Shown: positions 46,635 through 64,000 of the stretch, piece after piece
Layout: the number at the start of each line of letters is the position of its first letter
Numbering within the stretch: position 1 is the stretch's first letter
Assembly: GCA_020137815.1 (NCBI GenBank)
Contig: CM035353.1
Coordinates: 6,386,001 to 6,450,000, forward strand
DNA from: Hormiphora californensis
Taxonomy: Eukaryota; Animalia; Ctenophora
Direction of reading: 5' to 3'
DNA: 64,000 nt
Translations under genes and position numbers: made by a program
The notes under the pieces: model-generated
Database searches by the model: none
What the model was told of the DNA's origin: nothing
Seen by the model: only the letters and a program-made list of their open reading frames with translations

Positions 46635-48972
46635 CTAGAATGAGAAATAAGACATAAGTCCGGAGGTACTAAATTTACAGAAAGGGGGCAAGACCTTCGC
46701 GGAAATAACTATTCATTGTATATTAAGTCCATTGTTCAATGTGAGACCTAATGTGGCTAACGAAGGATAATCTCTATTATCAGTTGGAGTTGAACATCGA
46801 AGAACGTTGAAACCGTTCGTTCTCTGCGTTGATAGGCAACTGTGCTCTTACAATATGTAATGGCAACGGATTTGATATAGATAAAGTTAATCAACTCGTT
46901 CATGAAAGTCACATGGAATCATCATCTGAACTTTCAGAATCACCACTCTCTGTACTTAAATCCCCACTACAGTCGTTGTTATAGACTGGATTGTTGACCT
47001 GGTGTTCTCGCAGTTTTTACACATATGCACTGGCCCCCACATTGCCTCTCTTCTTTATTGCAGCTGCACCTGTTACAACCGTACCCTGTAGTGCACCCAC
47101 ACATCTTAACTTCCATCAGAAAAGGATAGTAAAATGCCGGGGTTTCTTGGGAAATTTTTTCGCTAGATTACATGTTATACATCCAGCATCATCAGCTAAA
47201 AGTTTGGTAAAAACTATCACGCTTCATGGCTAAAATATATATGCAAAAAATGGTCAAGCTAAATAAAATTATACATTTTCTAACTCGAGGCCACTCAAGT
47301 TGTAGGTTATCGGGATGGAGGGTAGCTGTAGGTGGTGCTGATGGAGGTCCAGCAGTTAGAGTAACAGGAAGGGAGCAGTTGGTGGATAACTGTACAGCTC
47401 CCCAGGATCCGTCTGGAACTTTTAGAGGTACTGCCCTTGTGGCGGAGGTGCAGTTAGTGGCAGAGGAACAGTAGGTGAATCGGCTCCTCAGGCTGTCGAT
47501 GAAGTCCTCGTCTGTTGATGTTCCTCATCTCTTGGCAGAGGTTGGCTGCAGATCCGGCGGAGGTGAAGGTAATAATAAGGAGAAGGGCAAACATTGTAAT
47601 AGTTGTAGGTTATCGGTAGGGGTGGATGTAGATGGTGCTGAGGGAGGTGGTGCTGAGGGAGTAACAGGAAGGGAGCAGTTGCTTGATAATTGTACAGCTC
47701 CCCAGGATCCGTCTGGGACTTTCAGAGGTACTGTCCTTGTGGCGGAGGTGCAGTATGTGAATCGGCGGTCGATGTAGTCCTCGTTTTTTAAGTTAAATTC
47801 CAGTTTAGCTTTTTCAAAAAGTCTGTTGGTCCTATTGCCTGTGATGTAGGATGGTAATGCTCCTGCATACTACGAAAGAGTAGCAGTTGACTGGGTGTCT
47901 ACGAGAGTAGCACAAAGAGGATTGGCAGATTCCTCATTAGTCGCAGTATTGCCTCGGCTCCCTCCATTAAATAACGTATTAATTCCTCTTTATTGATCGC
48001 TAGCCCGTTTTGTTCAATAATATAGTTAACTTAATTTGTGGTATAAAAATGGTGCGATGAAATGTTCTCAGTTCCCACTATTTGGCTGAATGCTGGAGCA
48101 AGCATCTCCACTGCCGATAACATGTACATCATGATATTGCTTGTCTGTTCGGCACCTTTCTGGTTGTGGCCCTGACAGGTCGATATCGCTGAGATGAACC
48201 TGACGTGAGAGAATGTACTTATAAATAAAGTAGTTAACTAAATTTGTGGTATGAAAAAGTGGTAGTATGAAACGGTATGGTGAAATATTCTTTGTTCTCA
48301 CCTTGGCTATTTGAGCGACATGGCAGATGGAAGGGGGTTAGGGGGAAATATATCCCAGTACATGAAGTAAGGGCTCCGGTGTTCTGTCATCCATGGATTC
48401 TTCACGTCCTTGTAGCTCGGAAGAATTGTCAGATTCTGCTTGCACAAAACTGTCTCTAAAGTTTGATAACGCCTCCTCCCCATTTCATAGCTGATAAGAA
48501 TATACATATTATAATACCGCGGCTGCGGATTTGTGTTCTACCTGATGAATTTCTAATCCTATCACGTTTAGCGTTGACCACCATGTCAGGATTGGGATTG
48601 ATAACGATCTTGCCGTTTTCTCTGGCTTGAACTCTTCACACAGGTCGTCCCCTCTTCTCTTTTAGTTAGAATACCCGGAATGCCTATTTATAAAAAGCAA
48701 AGAGTGAATTAACCTTTTCCCTAATTAATTAATAAGAGCCGTTCCCATAACTTTTGTTAATTTAAAAATCGATTAAGAATATTAAGCCAAAAACTAATTG
48801 AAATTAGTTGGCGGGAAAGGTGACCCACTTACACCTTTTGCTACTGCCGGGTATCACCACGAACTCTCATTCTATCCCTCGGTATCTCAATCCCTTATTT
48901 TTCGAGGGTAACTTAAATTCCTGTTCGTTCTATCCCTCTCTCTCCTCCCTGTCCCTGTCTCTCTCTCTCTCT

Positions 48973-49059
<87 letters not shown>

Positions 49060-49308
49060 TCTCACTCTATCACTCTCTCTTTCACTGTCTTATTCCATAT
49101 TATATTCACCTCTTATATCCCTGATCCCGGCAGCAGGCAAAGGTGTAAGTGGGTCACCTTTCCCGCCAACTAATTTCAATTAGTTTTTGGCTTAATTTAG
49201 GTCCCTTTTTGGTTTCTAATCGCAGCATGACATTATTTCATGATGTAATATTGTCGAAATGATGCGTTATATTAGAAACGAGACAAATTTCTGTGAAAAT
49301 CGTATTTT

Positions 49309-55865
<6,557 letters not shown>

Positions 55866-57479
55866 CGTATTTTAGACGTCATAATGACGTCATTTGACGT
55901 AATTTGTGACGTCGTAACGACGTAATTGCATCACGATATATTTTGAATCAGTACCGCAAAGGAGCTTGTAAAGTTTCATTGACCACAGTGGTTAGGAAAG
56001 GGAGTTTTTGCTCGAAAAACGTTCAATTTGCTGAATTTTTCGTCAAATTTTTGAGTTCCGACGCGATTTAAGGGCTCAAAACGATAAGCTACGAAAATTC
56101 GCTATATAGTATCTGAAAGTTCAGACGATTTGCCGGTAACGATTTTCCGTCAAATCAGAAATCGGAACAAGTCTTCAGGTTGCTAGAGGCGTTTGAAAAA
56201 AGTTAGTCGGTCTCGCGCAATAACGTCACTCGTGACGTCATTGCGCACGTCATAGGTAAGATGGAGAGTCGCCACCCAGATGGGTACATGCACGAGACAA
56301 TTATCTGTCGAATGCCGCTTGGTTTAAGGTCGTACGATGTCTGGTTCGTCTCAAACTGGGACCAAACGGAAGGTAACAAAGCGTCTATACATATATATAT
56401 ATATCAACCTAGTTATCCCCACACTGAATTTTCTGTTTTGGGGGTGGTGTTATAACTTTTGAACAGAAAGAGCTAGCCACTTGAAATTTTTACCATCGAT
56501 AGAGGTCTACAAGAAGCTTCTAAGTACAAAATTTCAGCTTCCTAGCTCTTCCGGTTCGGGAGTTATCGCATGTCAAAAAGTGCCAAAATGGCCTAAAAGT
56601 ATGAAATAACTATATATACGCTGTGAGCAAGCGGTCCGTTTTTGGGGGAAATTTTTTTCGGGGGATGGATGGGGTCACCTTTGCGCTTGCCAGCGCAGTG
56701 ATATTGCAATAATGAATTATAAAATCAAGAGCCTTATTTTGACGCTTAAAGGTTATAACACTCCTTGAACTTCTCCTCAATAGTTTTCAAGTCCTGTGGA
56801 GATAAGTTCTCGAATTTACTGTCCCTAGACGTAGACAACCCTTTCATCCCTTAGGCCAACGCATTAATGTTGCCACGCCGATCTTCTACCGGGTGCTGGT
56901 CCACGATGTCATTGTCATCTTATGCTTCATCTTCATTGTCAGACGGGGGCTAGCAACTGCAACTGTGATTGCTTCACTTCTCGTTCTGCAATATGGCGGC
57001 CAAGAATCCGTATCGCTATCTCCGTAACCATTAAATCTGCTTCGTTTAATAAATAACAGACCTTTATACTTGTGTTCACAAATTATGAAACTTGTCATAT
57101 TATGTTAGCTATGGCCGGGGTCACTTGTCCTGGCCTCAATAGCGGATTATTTTTTCGACAACGCAGTGACTCAAAGCTTTCAACTTTCATTAATAAATTA
57201 GGCATAGTGAGCTTCCAGTGATGTATGACACTACTTACAATATTCCAGTGTTTCGTGAAGGTCGCTGTGTGTGGGATGATGACACAGTTTTTTTTAAACC
57301 GACTTTCATTGCACCTCTTAAAAAGTAGGTTTCAAATCTTATAGCAACAGGATATCTCTATAAATAGATAAAAATATGTAAATAAAAACTCTATCACACA
57401 AAGTTATCCTGAATAGTTCTCCATTGCAGGGTGAGGATGACTGAACCTTTCTGCATTTCCTTTTTGCTCGGGTAACTCA

Positions 57480-58590
57480 AAGGGGTCACTTTCATTGCCA
57501 AGATCTCTGCTGCAGTGACTGGTTTCTTCGGTATGCACTTCACCCCCATGCCAAAGTTGCTTCCAGGAAGTTTCTTTAGGAACAAAACTGTCCCCAACCC
57601 GTCAAACATCATCTTACCGCCAAGTGTAACCCTTTTCACATTAACATTATCGGTAGCCCAATTAGCGGACTCACATTGGTTACTGTCACAGCGGGAGGTA
57701 TCTTGTTTACGCTAAGGCAGCGTTCTTCTCAAAGTTCCTCACTCTAGAATAGCCTGGACCCACCCCTAATTTGTCAGCATAATGAGCCAGTTGTCCCGAA
57801 CCTGATAAATGTGATATCGCCACGCCAAATGCCGTTATCAGGGGTGGAGTATGAGTTTTTCTGGTAAGCTTTACCATGGCCTGGCCCAGGAAGGCTTGCT
57901 TGAGACGGTCATCGGACCTTGACCTTTTAGACTGTAGTGCCTCCAACAACAACCTTAATTTATTCGGAAGAAGGGCCAGCTGATCTTCGGTGCTCAGCTT
58001 ATTCAGGTCAGGGATATGTGAATTGGCATCATAATCCATTTTCCTGATCACATCCCCTATAAGCTGCCCAACCACCGTAACCATTTCGTTCTCCATATCT
58101 TCCACAGTCTTACTCTTCGACTTTCCAGAAAATATTTCCTGTAATTTCTTTGATGCCCCAGATGACACTATTACTACGTCCGCCTTCCCGCAAATACTGG
58201 CGACAAAAACGTTATCACCATATCTTTCGAGGAGCTTCTTTTTAACCCATTGAGTTTCGTATGGCTGGACATTGTAATTCGCCATGTTTTGTGCCAGAGA
58301 TGACAGAGTCACCATCTCCTCATCATCCTCTCTTTCAAAGTCGTTAAACACCTTTACAAGCGCCTCTGCTCGTTGCATTCGTACAACACTGCGGAAGGTA
58401 ATGATTTTAGAATTCAGTGCAATATTTATAATTCCGTGCAAGGACGTGTTTGACTAGTCAGAAAGAAAGCCCACAAATTGCAAAACATACCTGGGGATTT
58501 TCTGTTCGCGGATGAAGGCCTTGTGACATTTGCGGTGGTATACAGCATCAGCAGCAAACAAGCACGGCACACTGATGACTCGCCCGTGTA
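57480..58590 (-). pseudogene. Decayed DNA transposase (Academ-like N-terminal/DDE region)
   Basis: LFAADAVYHRKCHKAF, YETQWVKKKLLERYG, HLSGSGQLAHYADKLGVGPGYSRVRNFE, then after a frameshift ATDNVNVKRVTLGGKMMFDGLG. Superfamily name is from motif memory. Confidence 0.55.
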
Positions 58591-59177
58591 TTCCCTCAAA
58601 TTGGTCGTAAACCCTGTCTGATGAATAAAATGTTATTTTTTCACGTCCTTGTAGCTCGGAGCTACCCCCTCCGGGTCCATGACATAGGGTCGCTTCGTTT
58701 GACCACCTGAGTTAGTTCGTTCCCTTTGTCTCGACATCCCCACTTCTTCCTCAGTTTATTGTACGATGATGTCCTTCCCACTACGTGTGATTTTCATGAC
58801 AGCTCCTTATGGCTCCTAACTACCTTGCATACAATATGGTCTTCAGTTTTCATGTGTCTCTTCATTTTGTATGTAATGTCCGGGGTCTTTAACTCTTCGC
58901 TCTTTCACTGCTTTATTATCAATTACGTCCTCGATTATGCTCCTTTCTCGGAAGGTGTCAGTGTAACAATTACGCGCCGCGGGTTCTCTTGCAGCCCGCT
59001 CAGTCGTGAGTGGACATGCTAACAATAGTGAAATTACATACACGCAATGTCATATTTACAGTGTAATTTCACTATTGTTAGCATGTCCACTCAAGACTGA
59101 GCGGGCTGCAACAGAACCCACGGCGTGTAATTGTTACACTGACACCTTCCGAGAATGCAGCATTAGAGTACATTACC

Positions 59178-59325
59178 ATTAGTTTGCTTGCTAGGAAAAT
59201 AGCCGTTATGGCTAGCAACTGCAACTGTGATTCTTTCACTTCTCGTTCTGCAATATGGTGGCCAAGAATCCGTATCGCTATCTCCGTAACCATTAAATCT
59301 GCTTCGTTTAATGAATAACAGACCT
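59178..59325 (-). pseudogene. Cyclin-box-like gene fragment; shorter copy at ~56950-57085
   Basis: VCYSLNEADLMVTEIAIRILGHHIAEREVKESQLQLLAITAIFLASKL matches the cyclin N-box LQL-x-x-x-TA-x-F-x-ASK. Confidence 0.6.
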
Positions 59326-62300
59326 TTATACTTGTGTTCACAAATTATGAAACTTGTCATATTATGTTAGCTATGGCCGGGGTCACTTGTCCTGCCCTTA
59401 ATAGCAGATTATTTTTTCGACAACGCAGTGACTCAAAGCTCTCAACTTTCATTAATAAGTTAGGCATAGTGAGCTTCCAGTGATGTATGCCACTATTTAC
59501 AATATTCCAGTGTATCGTGAAGGTCGCTGTGTGTGGGATGATGGTGGTGCCAGGTGCGCACACAGTTTTTATAATACCGACATTCATTGCACCTCTTAAA
59601 AAAGTGGGCTTCAAATCGTATATATCTCTAGAAATAGATAAAAATATATAAGCAAAAACTCTATCACACAAAGTTATCCTGAATAGTTCTCAATTCCGAC
59701 AACTTATGGTGTGGAGTCGAGTACTGGGTTCGGAGTTCGGGCCCATGGAACTCCATTAAGTTGGCTATCGCCGCTGCATTAACTTAACCTTTCCCACGTG
59801 CCCTCTGGAGTCCAGGTTCGATCTGCAATTAAAGAGCTCATTATGATAATGAAAACCTAGCGAAAACTGAAGAGAAATCTTATGAAGAATTTTTTTACTC
59901 TGGTCTGAATGCCGGGTAAATGGTCAGAGCCTGACAAAATGCAAGAGTCATCATTGCATAATGTCATTGCGTTTTCGTTACATATCTCACTTCCATCGTT
60001 CTTATTCTCTAGACATGCTTCAATGTCTCCTTGTAGCTCCTAGCTGAAGAAACCAATCAATTACTTCCTAGCTGTAAATAATGTCAAGTTATTATAATAA
60101 GTTATATAATACAGCTTCTGAATCGGCAAACTGGTGCAAACGAAACCCTGGTCTATCCTAGGAATAATATTTGAGAGTAAAGAGAGGATTCATCAGTGAA
60201 TGTCGAAAAGGTGCGAGTAATTAATAGCAGTAAAAAACTTGCCTTTCGTTGCCTTCCATCACAAAATATGCATTTAAGAAGTTTTGCACGTTTTGGTGTA
60301 GGAGGACTAATTTTCGGCGGTGAGTGTCGCTGGCATGGTTCTTACTCAACAGGTTTCGGGCGACAGGCCTCGTGGATATGCGAATTGTTAGCCCAAATCC
60401 AATCTAGGTAGTGAACGAGGTTTATAAGAATATATAATACCGCGGCTGCGGATTTGTGTTCTACCTTTTAAATGAATTTCCAATCTTATCACGTTTAGCT
60501 TTGGCCACCATGTCAGGATTGGGATTATTGAAAGTTACGGTCTCGCCGTTTTCTCTGGCTTGAACTCTTCACGCAGGTCGTGCCCTCTTCTCTTTCAGTT
60601 AGAATACCTATAGTTAGAATACCTACATATACCTAAAAAAGCAAAGAGTGATTTAACTTTTTTCCAAAATTACTAAGAGCCGTTCCCATAACTTTTGTTA
60701 ATTTAGAAATCGATTAAGAATATAATATGCAATAATGAATTATAAAATCAAGAGCCTAATTTTGACGCTAAAAGATTATAACACTCCTTGAACTTCTCCT
60801 TAATAGTTTTCAAGTCCTGTGTAGATAAGTTCTTGAATTTACTGTATCTTGACAGCCCTTTCATCCCTTCAGCCAACGCATTAATGTTGCATTGCCACGC
60901 CGATCTTCTACCGGGTGCTGGGCCACGATGTCAGTGTCTTCTGCTTCATCTTCATTGTCAGACGGGGGCGGGAAGTTATCATTCTCGACAAAAACTGGCC
61001 AGCACGATGTTCCCACCAGCACCAAGAATGGATTTATTCGGAAGGCTTCTGGGAAATCACCCCATTTCGCCATACCTCTAGTCAGAATTCCAAACATGTG
61101 CCGGCAAGGAAACCGGCCGTGCAGATTTGTGTGTGGAAACTACCTTTTAAATGAATTTCTAATCCTATCACGTTTAGTGTTGGCCACCATGTCAGGATTG
61201 GGATTATTGAAAGTTACGGTCTCGCCGTTTTTCTCTGGCTTAAATTATTCACGCAGGCTGTCCCCTCTTCTCTTCAGCCAATTGTGCAATACATACAATG
61301 TATACAATCTAAAATAAAATCAATCTCCATCAGCAATATCTTCTAAAAAGGAGTATGTGTGATCTTCTAGTTACTTCTTTGTTAGCCCTCGATCTTGTCA
61401 TAATATTCGGGCTAACTTTCTCAAATCCTATGCAACATTTTTTACCCGGGTCTGAATGCCGGGTAAATGGTCACAAATGCAAGAGGAAAAGCTACATGAT
61501 GGGATGATGAGCACAACATTTCATAACGTCATTGCATTTTGTTACTTCTCTACTCTAGACATGCTTCAATCTATCTCCTTGTAGCTCCTAGCTGAAGAAG
61601 CCAATCAATTACTTCCTAGCTAGCTGTAAATAATTAATATAAATAATGTTAACAAATTATGAAACTTGTCATATTATGAATTAGCTATGGTTAGGGTCGA
61701 CAACACAGTGACTCAAAGCTCTCAACTTTCATTATATTAAATTAGTGAGCTTCCTGCGATGTATGCCACTACTTGCAATATTTCATTGTATCGTGAAGGT
61801 CGCTGTGTGTGGGATGATGGGGGACACACAGTTTTTATAATACATATATTACCTGTGCCGACATTTAGATGAAGTCCAAGAACGCCAAAAAACAATGTAG
61901 GAAAGCATAACAACAATTTTCTCCTATTACATACGTACCGTGTCACAATACAGGGATCCCCTATACCGCATTGCACTGACTCCCCGGCCGCTCTAATATC
62001 GGACATCCGGAGTGACCGTTTCGGGGGTAATCGTTGCAGTGCATCTCGAGACTCGATTTTTCTCTTCTTTTCATACACTTTTGGGGGTCGTATAAATTCA
62101 GGGAGGCTGCTGGAGGATGCGGTGGTGGTGGTGGCCGAGGTGGCAGGCCAGAGCCGTCAGCAGAATAACAGCAAGAATCGTGGCCCAATGGCTCGCAGTA
62201 GGCCAGGAGCTCTCAACTTTCATTAAATTAGGCATAGTGAGCTTCCTGCGATAGTATGCCACTACTTGCAATATTCCAGTGTATCGTGAAGGTCGCTGTG

Positions 62301-63938
62301 TGTGGGATGATGGTGCACACACAGTTTTTATAATACCGACATACATTGCACCTCTTAAAAAATTGGGTTTCAAATCTTATAACAACAGGATATCTCTAGA
62401 AATAGATAAAAATATATAAGCAAAAACTCTATCACACAAAGTTAACCCGAATAGTTCTCAATTTCGACAACTTCTGGTCGCGCATTTACCTCGTGTGTAC
62501 ATCATGTAGTGTGGAGTACTGAGTTCGGGCCCATGGAACTCCATTAAGTTCGCTATCGCCGCTGCATTATTGAAACTTAACCTCTCCCAGGTTCGATCTA
62601 GACATGTTTCAATCTGCCTCTTTGTAGGTCCTAGCTGAAGAAACCAATCAGTTACTTCCTAGATTCATTACACTGTAAATAATGTCCACAAGTTATTATA
62701 GTATGAAACTTGTCATCTTACGTCACTTGTCTGCCTCTTTGTAGGTCCTAGCTGAAGAAACCAATCAGTTACTTCCTAGCTGTAAATAATGTCCACAAGT
62801 TATTATAATATGAAACTTGTCATCTTACGTTAGCTATGGCCAGGGTCACTTGTCCTGCCCTTAATAGCAGATTATTTTTTTCGACAACACAGTGACTCAA
62901 AGCTCTCAACTTTCATTAATAAATTAGGCATAGTGAGCTTCTTGTGATGTATGCCACTACTTTCAATATTCCAGAGCATCGAGAAGGTCGCTGTGTGTGG
63001 GATGACGGGGGACACACAGGACAGGGGATGATTCCACAGTTTTTTATCAAATTAGAACGTTATATACAATAAATAAATATCAATAAATAAAACCGCACGT
63101 CCCGGGCTCCACCAACATGGAGACAGTCCACTATTACAGGTGTTCTAGTAGTTTACAGTTGTAGTCACTCTCCATTGCTTCTGGGGATGAGGGATCCAGA
63201 CTGGGGGGATCATGCTGAAACGGATGGGGAAGTGGTCCGATCCGTGTCGTAGGGAGCAAGTTTAGGGAGCACGTTCTTCAAGACTTCAGCTTGGAGTTAT
63301 TTACGGTGTCCCACATCAAATTCTGGCGTTGAAGTCACCGCAGAACATCGACTGGAGGTTATAAGAGGCTGCCCAATCTACCACTGAGGTCAGCCGGGGG
63401 GGGGGGTCAAGAATGTCGTGAGTCCAGTAAGCTGAACAGAATACCACATTTTCATCTTATACTTACTTACTTACAGCTCCTAATTACCTTGGATACATGG
63501 TCTTCTGTTTTCCGTTTTCACATGTGTCTCTTCATTTCAGGGTAAACTATCCTACCATCAATAGCAGATTATTTTTTCGACAACACACTTTAGAAAATAG
63601 AAATAGATAAAAATATGTAAACAAAAAACGAATTCCCATGTATGACTTTGCCCACTGGTGGCTTAATTGGGTCTTTGTGCCATCCTCCGCCTCTTTTATG
63701 GCCTTAATAATTCTGTCTCCTAGTCCTAGACAAATGAATGTTTAGAAGGAAACCCAACCTTAAATTGTTATGGTTGTCCATGTTAAACTTACCCAAACCA
63801 CCATACAAATGGAGTTGTCTCTCACCGGATATTGGTTTTGTAGTCTGCCTTTGATTTTCCTCCTATTTTAGTTCCCTTTTCTGCAGAGTTCACAGTGGGA
63901 ATATTGAGGTCGTTTTATCGTTTTAACTCTTATACATA

Positions 63939-64000
63939 TAAGCCAAAAACTAATTGGAATTAGTTGGCGGGAAAGGTGGCCCACTTACACCTTTTGCTGC
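63939..64000 (+). mobile_element. Start of a third Helentron/HINE-like copy, truncated by the window edge
   Basis: TAAGCCAAAAACTAATTGGAATTAGTTGGCGGGAAAGGTGGCCCACTTACACCTTTTGCTGC matches the terminus of copies 1 and 2. Confidence 0.8.

Larger units (their letters stand above)
56701..63010. repeat. Mosaic of locally duplicated modules
   Basis: A ~350-bp module at ~57078, 59340, 61655, 62205 and 62800; a second module at ~60008, 61554, 62597 and 62730; a third at ~48495, 60425 and 61125. Confidence 0.8.

Overview
Eukaryotic (intron-containing), repeat-rich animal DNA. The short interspersed repeats and the intronless GPCR style suggest a ctenophore, probably Pleurobrachia-like; this is pattern recognition, not a search result. 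The first ~13.6 kb is genic. A 5-exon, 265-aa cyclophilin-like gene (3063-13563, +) has lost most PPIase active-site residues, and its 6.9-kb third intron hosts two intronless class A GPCR genes, one on each strand. From ~14 kb onward the window is a dense nest of transposable elements. It includes a complete 6.56-kb hAT-like DNA transposon with perfect 18-bp TIRs, an 8-bp TSD and an uninterrupted 10-exon, 899-aa transposase, sitting inside a Helentron/HINE-like element. It also includes a 5'-truncated Penelope-like (GIY-YIG, Naiad-type) retroelement with an inverted pseudo-LTR and hammerhead ribozyme motifs, sharing one 21-23-bp target duplication with a 1.7-kb foldback. An internally deleted LINE has an ORF1 that resembles a metal-less AlkB fold, and next to it lies a decayed Myb/SANT + AlkB gene. 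There are also several MITE/foldback families and decayed Kolobok, hATm, Gypsy, Helitron, Polinton-type, Sola2-like and Academ-like coding remnants. No rRNA, tRNA or CRISPR array was found. All family assignments are from motif recognition by eye.
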